Source of the DNA: Methanolobus psychrophilus R15
Lineage (GTDB): Archaea; Halobacteriota; Methanosarcinia; Methanosarcinales; Methanosarcinaceae
Direction: 5' to 3'
NCBI GenBank assembly: GCA_000306725.1
Contig: CP003083.1
Span: 2,258,042 to 2,282,041 of the forward strand
Length of the DNA stretch: 24,000 nucleotides
Under the pieces are notes generated by a model that saw nothing but the letters and a program-made list of their open reading frames with translations, ran no database searches and was not told where the DNA came from. Position numbers and translations under genes: made by a program. This document shows positions 1 to 6,663 of this stretch, one piece after another (positions within the stretch are counted from its first letter, which is position 1; each line of letters begins with the position of its first letter).

Positions 1-826
1 TCTGAAGCTGCGCGGGGTCGGCATGTCTCAGTCCAGGTATCTGTTCACATTGCATAACGGGATGTTCACAAGTTTTGAGCCATTCCGGGTTTCCTATCCT
101 GAGAATACTATAATACCATCTCCTGTGCCGGATTCTGCCCGTAGTAAGATTTCAACGGGTAGCCCTGACTTTGATGAAATACTGGGTGGCGGGTATCAAA
201 AAGGGAGCTTCAACCTGTTCGAGATCACAAGCGGTGTCGGTGATTCATTTTACAGCATCCTGTTGCCGACATTCATAAATCATCTCAATATGGGCAGGGC
301 CATGCTCAGCATCCCGACAGAAGGTACCAGTGTCGAGACTGAAAAGAGGATGATCTCTCCTTTCACAAATGAGGATAATTTCCCCAGGCAGTTCAAGGGT
401 TTTGAGATACGTGACCAGAAGGGCCGCATCCCTCCATATGTCGAAGCGTTCTCCGGCAACGTCTATAAGGACATGGAAATATTCTATCAGTCAAAACACG
501 AGATGATGCGCCAGTACGGCTCCCCGCTGCTTGACTATATCGGGCTTGACAGTATGGAGTACAGTTACGGCTGGGAGAACATAGGCGCTGTAATAGGACA
601 GATAGCCTCTGTTACAAAGACTACGGAGAATGTCGTGGTTGCTGTTGCAAAGCACGGTCAGAAGATCACTGATTCTGTTGCGCATATGGCCACTACTCAC
701 TGGAAGTTTGAGAACGTTGATAAGACTCTTGTTATGTATGGCATTGTTCCAAAGACCGGGATGTATGTGGCTCAACTCGAATTTGGCTCCGGATATCCAC
801 AGGTCAGATTAGTTCCTATCAAATAA
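1..826 (+). CDS. KaiC/RecA-superfamily signalling protein, 3' part (5' end outside window); the domain in view has a degenerate P-loop
   Basis: The frame is open from nt 2 (LKLRGVG precedes the first Met at 23), so the gene starts left of the window. This reads like the end of a preceding KaiC-type domain. ISTGSPDFDEILGGGYQKGS is the canonical KaiC/RadA domain opening. The Walker A position (GxxGxGK[ST]) reads ITSGVGDS (nt 224-247), i.e. Lys->Asp. Stop at 824-826. Confidence 0.6.
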   Translation, partial: LKLRGVGMSQSRYLFTLHNGMFTSFEPFRVSYPENTIIPSPVPDSARSKISTGSPDFDEILGGGYQKGSFNLFEITSGVGDSFYSILLPTFINHLNMGRAMLSIPTEGTSVETEKRMISPFTNEDNFPRQFKGFEIRDQKGRIPPYVEAFSGNVYKDMEIFYQSKHEMMRQYGSPLLDYIGLDSMEYSYGWENIGAVIGQIASVTKTTENVVVAVAKHGQKITDSVAHMATTHWKFENVDKTLVMYGIVPKTGMYVAQLEFGSGYPQVRLVPIK

Positions 827-847
827 TCTCCAATCTTGTATTTTTCT

Positions 848-889
848 TAATATATCCCAAACATTAATATGAATATAGGACTAATATTT
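848..889 (+). promoter_or_regulatory. AT-rich putative promoter with three TAATAT hexamers at exact 17-nt spacing
   Basis: TAATAT occurs at 848-853, 865-870 and 882-887. The last, extended to TAATATTT (882-889), is centred ~26 nt before ATG 912. That is the usual archaeal TATA-to-TSS distance. Confidence 0.3.
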
Positions 890-911
890 ACAAAACAAGT
901 TTCAAAGGTAA

Positions 912-1976
912 ATGATAATGGATGATCAGACTCAGGAAATTCTGGCAACTCTAAGGGACGGGCTATCAGACAAAAGTTCATTGTTCTTTGCTCAGGTTGA
1001 CAGTTTTGTCGAACGCCTGGTCTATCTTCATATCTACGATGTGCTCCGCAATGACGCTGACAGAAATGTTGTGTGGCTATGCCTGAATTCCCCGCGTGAT
1101 AAGATCCTCGGGAAATTCGGGGACTTCGGCTTTAATATAAGCGGTTCAATGGACCGTTTGTTCTTCATTGATATCGAAGTGCCGGGCAAGTCTCCCCAGC
1201 AAGGGACCTTTTACTGCAGTTCTCCGGCAGATTACACCAAAATGGCATCCCATATCTCTAACCTTTTTGAAAGGAACATGCCTGCCCTGCTGGTGATGGA
1301 TAACATGAATGTGCTGGCCACAGACACAATGCAGGTTGTCGAGACATTCATGCAGTTTGTCGAAAAGAAAGTGCACGAGAAAGAAGGGGGCATTGTTTCA
1401 GTACTTTTGAAGGATATACTCTCCCCTGAAAATGAAATGCTTGTAAAGTCCTTTTTTGATGTTGTTCTGGATGTCACCAACATAGGTGAAGTACATGCTC
1501 AGATTGGTCTCAGGGACTTTGATTTCAGGTACTTTGTGGAGGACGGATATATAAGATTGGAGTACGCCCCAAAGAAAATCAAAAGGGACAAATTGAAGGT
1601 CCTTATAGTGGACGATGAGCCAGATATCCCGGAGCTCTTGAAGCTATCCCTCATCAGCGAACCTTATGACTTCCTGGTAGCATACAATGGTGAGGAAGCG
1701 ATCGATATCGCCTTGAAGGAACATCCCGACCTGATATTACTTGATATCATGATGCCTGACATGGACGGATATGAAGTTGTAGGGCAGCTCAAGAAAAGCA
1801 AAACTGCAAATGATATACCGGTAATAATGATCTCCGCAAAGACTGCGATAGAAGATAAGGTAAAAGGCATGGAGCTTGGCATTGATGACTACATTGCCAA
1901 ACCTTTTGATAAAAGGGAAGTGAAGGCCAGGATTAAAATGGTCATGAGGCGGCTTGGCTGGTCTATAGAGGAATAA
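912..1976 (+). CDS. Hybrid response regulator: P-loop-less KaiC/RecA-like N-terminal domain (tentative) plus C-terminal receiver (REC) domain
   Basis: 354-aa ORF. The C-terminal ~120 aa is an intact REC domain: VDDEPD acidic pocket, LLDIMMPDMDG phospho-acceptor Asp, MISAKT and IAKPF Lys. The N-terminal ~225 aa has the size of a KaiC-like domain. It has no glycine-rich P-loop; the expected region reads SSLFFAQVDSFVERL. The N-domain call is by eye only. Confidence 0.75.
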   Translation: MIMDDQTQEILATLRDGLSDKSSLFFAQVDSFVERLVYLHIYDVLRNDADRNVVWLCLNSPRDKILGKFGDFGFNISGSMDRLFFIDIEVPGKSPQQGTFYCSSPADYTKMASHISNLFERNMPALLVMDNMNVLATDTMQVVETFMQFVEKKVHEKEGGIVSVLLKDILSPENEMLVKSFFDVVLDVTNIGEVHAQIGLRDFDFRYFVEDGYIRLEYAPKKIKRDKLKVLIVDDEPDIPELLKLSLISEPYDFLVAYNGEEAIDIALKEHPDLILLDIMMPDMDGYEVVGQLKKSKTANDIPVIMISAKTAIEDKVKGMELGIDDYIAKPFDKREVKARIKMVMRRLGWSIEE

Positions 1977-2035
1977 TTATATATTACAATAATATATTGT
2001 CTACGTATATATTATTTCCTTTGCAGGAGTATAAG

Positions 2036-2410
2036 ATGCATCCAAAAATCATGGTCGTAGACGACGAGCCAGATACAATAGATCTTGTGAAGATCATCCT
2101 TGAGTCCGAGAATATACAGGTTATCGGCGCCAGCAGTGGTTTTGAATGCCTTGAACTGATGGAGCTGGAGAAGCCGGATCTCATTTTACTTGATATCATG
2201 ATGCCCGATATGAATGGATGGGAAACCTTCCATAAGATCAAGGAAAAAAACCCTGCTCTTCCTGTTGCAATGCTTACTGTAAAGAGTCAGGAATTCGATA
2301 AGATGCTTGGCCTTCATGTGCTCAAGGCAGATGACTACATCACAAAACCGTTCAGCAGGAAAGAACTGATAAAAAGGACCATGGACCTGTTAGGAACAAA
2401 GGCCGAGTGA
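2036..2410 (+). CDS. Stand-alone CheY-like response regulator receiver protein
   Basis: The ORF track starts at 1997. AGGAG at 2025-2029 sits 6 nt before ATG 2036, giving MHPKIMVVDDEPD, the normal receiver N-terminus. The DD pocket, LLDIMMPDMNG, MLTVKS and ITKPF are all present. There is no output domain. Confidence 0.85.
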   Translation: MHPKIMVVDDEPDTIDLVKIILESENIQVIGASSGFECLELMELEKPDLILLDIMMPDMNGWETFHKIKEKNPALPVAMLTVKSQEFDKMLGLHVLKADDYITKPFSRKELIKRTMDLLGTKAE

Positions 2411-2411
2411 G

Positions 2412-3470
2412 TCACAGGATCTCACAAAGGATGGCCTTTCTGTCTTTAAGGAACAGGTGAGCTTTCCGGTCCCCGCTTAAGTTGTCTTCTAACCGGTTGC
2501 GTATATCCCAGTACTCTTTGGGCTCCACTGCAGCTCTTAATATAACTGTTCCAAAACCGTTCTTCTTCAGGAAACCATTGATGTGTGCGGTGTCAAAATC
2601 CTGAACGCTTAACACCTTATATTTGTTCTTCAGCATTGGATGATTTACAGGTACTTCAGAAGTAAGGAAAAGACGCTTCCTGTCAATCAAAAACAAGCAG
2701 ATATCGGGAGCCTGCCTTTCCAGGTCATGCGCAAGTTGCGAGAGAAGCCCGGCCCTTTCCACTGACTCTTCCGGCTCATAAGCATAATAGGCAAGTTTCT
2801 CAGATGGCTCCAGGTCCTGCGCGTCTAAGGTGGACTCGATGCGTGCACGGGATGGCAGGGCTACTGCTGAGGTATCACATCTCATGAGGCTGCCAAAATA
2901 AAGGTTAAGCCTGTTTATTTTCCCGTCAAGGGACAAATACTCCTTCTCGCATTCAAAGGGTATCCTGTCGGGGGTGAGCTGTGGAGGCGCCTCAAAAGCA
3001 AAGTCAGATGCTTTGGAACTGTATGAAGCTATTACTTCAGGTATTGCAGGCCGAAGGTTTCCTATGTCGCGCAGATTCTCACTCGCAGGTCTTGCAGGAT
3101 CTGAAAATACAATGTCAAGTTCCGGCAGTTGCCTGATAACCTCGGGTGACAGCGCATCCCCGCAAATGAATTCAACGTTATCGATCCCAAGAAGCTTGCA
3201 GTTCTTTTTTGCATAGGATATCTTCTTCGCATCGATCTCCACTGCATAGACCATATCGCACTCACTTGCGAAATAGATCGTCTGCCCGCCAACTCCGCAG
3301 CTGATATCTGCAATAGTGCTGCATTTAAGTCGTGCAGCCCTGTATCTCGCGACATCTTCAGGTGTTGCGAATCTCACTCCGTCCTTGTCAGAAACGATAT
3401 TATGTCCAAATCTCTTTTTGCGTGGCAATCTTATCCCGGAAAAAAGGGGTCTCAAATGATTTAAAGTCAT
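2412..3470 (-). CDS. Class I SAM-dependent methyltransferase, possibly RNA/cap-guanine-N2-type with a C-terminal extension
   Basis: 352-aa ORF. SAM-binding motif I is IADISCGVGGQTIYFA. An acidic residue ends beta-2 (VYAVEID). Motif IV-like element is VFSDPARP. The subfamily is uncertain. Its stop codon lies 1 nt from the stop of the convergent receiver gene. Confidence 0.7.
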   Translation of the reverse strand: MTLNHLRPLFSGIRLPRKKRFGHNIVSDKDGVRFATPEDVARYRAARLKCSTIADISCGVGGQTIYFASECDMVYAVEIDAKKISYAKKNCKLLGIDNVEFICGDALSPEVIRQLPELDIVFSDPARPASENLRDIGNLRPAIPEVIASYSSKASDFAFEAPPQLTPDRIPFECEKEYLSLDGKINRLNLYFGSLMRCDTSAVALPSRARIESTLDAQDLEPSEKLAYYAYEPEESVERAGLLSQLAHDLERQAPDICLFLIDRKRLFLTSEVPVNHPMLKNKYKVLSVQDFDTAHINGFLKKNGFGTVILRAAVEPKEYWDIRNRLEDNLSGDRKAHLFLKDRKAILCEIL

Positions 3471-3525
3471 CTCTGCAGAATATGGAGTTTTCTGGCAGTA
3501 GTAAGTTCTCGCTGTGATCCTCTAT

Positions 3526-3550
3526 TATTCAATATTTTTATATAATATCG
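3526..3550. promoter_or_regulatory. Shared divergent promoter region (TATA-like TTTTTATATAATAT) between the methyltransferase gene and flaD
   Basis: This is the only strongly AT-rich box in the 81-nt divergent gap 3471-3551. TCAATAT (3529-3535) is followed by TTTTATATAAT. It lies ~60 nt upstream of ATG 3606 and ~65 nt from the minus-strand ATG at 3470. Confidence 0.4.
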
Positions 3551-3605
3551 CATGTATATTGAAGTATCTATAGATGTCTTATCAGCTAGTGTTATAAGTG
3601 AAACC

Positions 3606-4922
3606 ATGTCCGGCTTGAGCGATGCTTTAAAAAAGGTGACAACAGGCATTCTGGGTAAAAAGGGTGCAAATAAAGGCAGTAGCTCGCCTTTTGGTTCAGG
3701 CAATCCTCCGTTTTCCTCTGGTGTTCCCGATCTTAATTCGCTTCCTGACCTGGCTTCCGCTTTCCCTCCGGGGTCCCCGCCTGGTTTTCCGGGCACAAAG
3801 CCCTCTTTTCCTCCGGGAATGGGCTCGGCTACCGGCATGCCGTCATCTCCTCCAGGAATGATGCCTCCGGGCATGGGTGCTCCCGGAGCTGCACAAGCTG
3901 CCAATGCTGAGCATAAAGAAGCCATAGAAGTACATGGCAAGAAGATCAAGGACGTTGAAACGAAGCTCTCAAAGGCCGATGTAACGCTGAGCATGGTGCA
4001 GCGTGATAATGAGGAGATTAAGAAAACCGTTGACAAGATCGACCAGAGCGTGCTTGAACTGTTGTCACTTTATGAGATCGTTTCCAATCAGGTCAATCCT
4101 TTCGTGGGCGATGATATCGGATCCCGTGCTACTATAGAGAGGTTCGAGAAAACAGAGAAAAGGATCACTGAACTTGCGGACCTGCTTGTTATCTTTAAGA
4201 ACGACATGGATACTGTCATTCATAAGCTGAACATGCCCGGCATTTCCAAAGAGGTTGGTTCAAAGATGCAGGACATCGAATCCAAGCTGAATGCATTTGC
4301 CGATGCAATGTCCATGATGCATGAGAGCTTGGAGCAATTAACCTCCCGGACAGAGGAACTCACCGGCAAGACCGAAACCATCGATCAGAACATACTCGAA
4401 CTGGCGGAATCTACAAGCAACATCTCCTCCAGGGTGGATGAGCTGGAAAGGAAAAGCGCTCTCCAGTCTCTGAACGATGCAAAAGAAGAAATGGAAAATG
4501 CTTCAGACGAAAGGTCGGATAACAGGGGACAGGATAATTCCCGTACAGGGCAAAAGAAAGGCCTTCCCCTTGTACGCCTGGAGAACCTGAGGACCGATCC
4601 TACCAGTGTTGTAGTCCTGCTCAACTGGATAGAATTCCTGATGGAGCGTGTCGGCAGGAACAACCTGATGGATGCGCTGGACTATTATGTGGACATCGGA
4701 TGGATAAGTGAGGATGTCCGGTCAGAAGTCATGGCATATGCCCGTGGCATCGACTACTATGTGGAAAAACCTACATGGCGCCTGCTTCCTGAAGATCATA
4801 CCAAATCACTGCTGTTTATAGAAAGGCTCTGCGGGCGTAAGATCGACCGTAACATGCTAAGCTCCATAGATAGGGAGATGTCAAAGGTTAAACACGGGCT
4901 GGAGGAACTCTATGGGATTTGA
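3606..4922 (+). CDS. flaD: Archaellum protein FlaD/FlaE family (ArlD/E) with FlaC-like coiled coil and an N-terminal Pro/Gly-rich linker
   Basis: The C-terminal ~115 aa (LVRLENLRTDPTSVVVLLNWIEFLMERVGRNNLMDALDYYVDIGWISEDVRSEVMAYARGID) is the FlaD/E signature region. The middle ~200 aa is E/K/L-rich and heptad-like. The gene lies directly upstream of flaF-J. I prefer ATG 3606 (MSGLSDALKK) as the start, because ATG 3552 sits only a few nt after the TATA-like box at 3535-3548. The longest ORF is 3552-4922. Confidence 0.85.
   Translation: MSGLSDALKKVTTGILGKKGANKGSSSPFGSGNPPFSSGVPDLNSLPDLASAFPPGSPPGFPGTKPSFPPGMGSATGMPSSPPGMMPPGMGAPGAAQAANAEHKEAIEVHGKKIKDVETKLSKADVTLSMVQRDNEEIKKTVDKIDQSVLELLSLYEIVSNQVNPFVGDDIGSRATIERFEKTEKRITELADLLVIFKNDMDTVIHKLNMPGISKEVGSKMQDIESKLNAFADAMSMMHESLEQLTSRTEELTGKTETIDQNILELAESTSNISSRVDELERKSALQSLNDAKEEMENASDERSDNRGQDNSRTGQKKGLPLVRLENLRTDPTSVVVLLNWIEFLMERVGRNNLMDALDYYVDIGWISEDVRSEVMAYARGIDYYVEKPTWRLLPEDHTKSLLFIERLCGRKIDRNMLSSIDREMSKVKHGLEELYGI
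3678..3908 (+). other. Low-complexity Pro/Gly/Ser-rich segment inside flaD, with imperfect CCTCCGGG(A/C)ATGGG (PPGMG) repeats
   Basis: It translates as SSSPFGSGNPPFSSGVPDLNSLPDLASAFPPGSPPGFPGTKPSFPPGMGSATGMPSSPPGMMPPGMGAPGAAQAANA. It also generates the spurious 189-aa antisense ORF 3467-4036. Confidence 0.8.
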
Positions 4923-5343
4923 GGTTACGGTGGTCGTAGCTATATTTTTTGTTTCGGCTCTTGTGGTTGGAACCTTTTCCTACACCGCATTGAGTGCATC
5001 TTCTGATATTGTAAACGATGCATCAGAAGATCAGCACCAACTCCAGAGCAAGCGGCTGCAGACATCTATTAACATTGACCACTCTGTCCCCGGAGCTTCG
5101 GGAAGCACTTATGATCTGACAGTAACGCTTACAAACACAGGCAGTGAAACACTCCATTTCGATGAGCTGAATGTCCTTATCGACGGGTACATAGAACCTT
5201 ACACTTTTAATGAATCTGCTGCTGTCTGGGTTCCTGCAGAGACACGCAGCCTGACTGTGCCAGATCTTATGGGTGAAGGGACACACCGTATTAAAGTCGT
5301 GACTGAGAACGGCCTGTCAGCATATGATACTTATTTTGTGTAA
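4912..5343 (+). CDS. flaF: Archaellum protein FlaF (ArlF)
   Basis: 143 aa. It has the MGF start with an N-terminal hydrophobic helix (MGFEVTVVVAIFFVSALVVG) and a beta-rich remainder. It overlaps the flaD stop by 11 nt. Position is between flaD and flaG. Confidence 0.8.
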   Translation: MGFEVTVVVAIFFVSALVVGTFSYTALSASSDIVNDASEDQHQLQSKRLQTSINIDHSVPGASGSTYDLTVTLTNTGSETLHFDELNVLIDGYIEPYTFNESAAVWVPAETRSLTVPDLMGEGTHRIKVVTENGLSAYDTYFV

Positions 5344-5344
5344 G

Positions 5345-5422
5345 CCAGACGGTGTCATATTTATATAGTATTGTCAATATATTATAATCTCGATTATATT
5401 CTTGAATTCACGACCAGACGGT
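5345..5422 (+). repeat. Exact 9-nt direct repeat CCAGACGGT (5345-5353 and 5414-5422) bracketing a 60-nt AT-rich spacer between flaF and flaG
   Basis: Read directly from the sequence. The first copy starts 2 nt after the flaF stop. The second ends 8 nt before the flaG ATG. The spacer contains the TATA-like ATTTATATAG and TCAATATATTATAAT. Confidence 0.6.
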
Positions 5423-5430
5423 AAGAAAGC

Positions 5431-5937
5431 ATGAAAAACAACAACTTTCTCACAATGGGAACCTTTTCCAAGTGCCAAAAGGCAGAGACTGCCATAACGC
5501 ACATGATCTTTTTCATTGTGGCCATCATTCTGGCTATGGGAGTCATCACAGTCCTTTCTGCTGATGTGCAGTCTATCGTCTCATCTTCCTCTGTGAACAG
5601 CAAACTGATAGCACAACAGATGAGGACCGATATAACAATAGTGAACGATCCCTTGATGGTGCCCTATGACATTCCAGGCAACAGCTATACTTTTTATGCA
5701 AAGAACACAGGCAGGACCGAGTTAACACCAGAGTTTATAACAGTGCTTGTAGACGGAATTATGGTTGCACCTTCAAATATGGAACTTGAACTTCTCGATG
5801 GTGATGTGGTGTGGAGGCCCGGTGATGTTCTTGTGTTACGTGTGATCCCAAGCCCCAGCCCCCTTGATCCCGGGGACCATCGCATCCTTGTCGTCGCAGA
5901 TAACGGGAAGTCCGGCAGCATGAGCTTCAAAACATAA
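5431..5937 (+). CDS. flaG: Archaellum protein FlaG (ArlG)
   Basis: 168 aa. The N-terminal archaellin-like hydrophobic helix is ETAITHMIFFIVAIILAMGVITVL, followed by a beta-rich domain. Position is between flaF and flaH. An alternative start is Met9 at nt 5455. Confidence 0.75.
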   Translation: MKNNNFLTMGTFSKCQKAETAITHMIFFIVAIILAMGVITVLSADVQSIVSSSSVNSKLIAQQMRTDITIVNDPLMVPYDIPGNSYTFYAKNTGRTELTPEFITVLVDGIMVAPSNMELELLDGDVVWRPGDVLVLRVIPSPSPLDPGDHRILVVADNGKSGSMSFKT

Positions 5938-5947
5938 CGGAGAAAAA

Positions 5948-6643
5948 ATGGTAAAGATATGTTCATTCGACATTCCCAGGGACGAGCTCAATGGGAAACT
6001 GGGCGGCGGTTTTCCTGTAGGCTCACTTGTAGTGATAGAAGGTGGGAGCGGCGGTGGCAAGAGTTCCATCTCACAACGCCTTTCATTTGGGCTTAATGAG
6101 AATAAAGTAAGTGTTACACTCATATCCACTCAGATGACAACAAAGGGTTTCATCAACCAGATGTACTCAATGGACTATCCCATAGCCGCTTACCTGCTGA
6201 ATGGTTCTCTTCTGTACATCCCGGTAATTCCGCTCGTCCAGGCAGCAAAGTCGAGGTTCGATTTCCTTGAGAGACTGATGGCTGCAGAAGAGCTATTCGA
6301 AAAAGATGTTGTTATAATTGACACGATCTCTTCGCTCATAAAATACAGTGCAAATACGGAAAAGAGCCTTGATCTCATCTCTTTTTTCAAGAAGCTCAAT
6401 GGAATGGGGAAGGTGATAATCCTCACTATAGAGCCCAACCAGCTTGATGAGGACATAGCTTCAATGTTCAGATCATCCTGCGATGTTTACATCACTCTTA
6501 AATCGAGACCCCTTGGAAGCGAGGTCAAGCGTACTATTGTTGTGAACAAGTTCACGGGGGCAAAAGGCCCGGTGGGCCAGATGATAGGTTTCAGGATAGA
6601 ACCAAGGGTTGGCCTGGTAGTGGAGATAGCGTCCGTATCATGA
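5948..6643 (+). CDS. flaH: Archaellum KaiC-like ATP-binding protein FlaH (ArlH)
   Basis: 231 aa. KaiC-like opening is LNGKLGGGFPVGSLVVIEG. Walker A GGSGGGKS is intact (nt 6041-6064). A Walker B-like element is VVIIDT. GGAG Shine-Dalgarno (SD) motif lies upstream. Position is before flaI. Confidence 0.88.
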   Translation: MVKICSFDIPRDELNGKLGGGFPVGSLVVIEGGSGGGKSSISQRLSFGLNENKVSVTLISTQMTTKGFINQMYSMDYPIAAYLLNGSLLYIPVIPLVQAAKSRFDFLERLMAAEELFEKDVVIIDTISSLIKYSANTEKSLDLISFFKKLNGMGKVIILTIEPNQLDEDIASMFRSSCDVYITLKSRPLGSEVKRTIVVNKFTGAKGPVGQMIGFRIEPRVGLVVEIASVS

Positions 6644-6663
6644 GGTCCGTGGAAGGTGATTGA

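Noticed and set aside
1986-2000. Inverted repeat ACAATA-ATA-TATTGT upstream of the stand-alone receiver gene
   Set aside because: It has only 6-bp arms in a nearly pure A/T intergenic stretch, so it is easily produced by chance. I kept it out of the feature list, although an operator site cannot be excluded.
1997-2035. Extended N-terminus (MSTYILFPLQEYK) for the stand-alone receiver, as in the ORF track
   Set aside because: The extension would bury the AGGAG SD inside the coding sequence and add residues foreign to REC domains. ATG 2036 gives the canonical start.
3467-4036. 189-aa minus-strand ORF antisense to the 5' part of flaD
   Set aside because: It is a shadow of the Pro/Gly-rich low-complexity segment. 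Its product is Pro/Gly/Ala/Ser-rich junk and it overlaps a well-supported gene and the divergent promoter.
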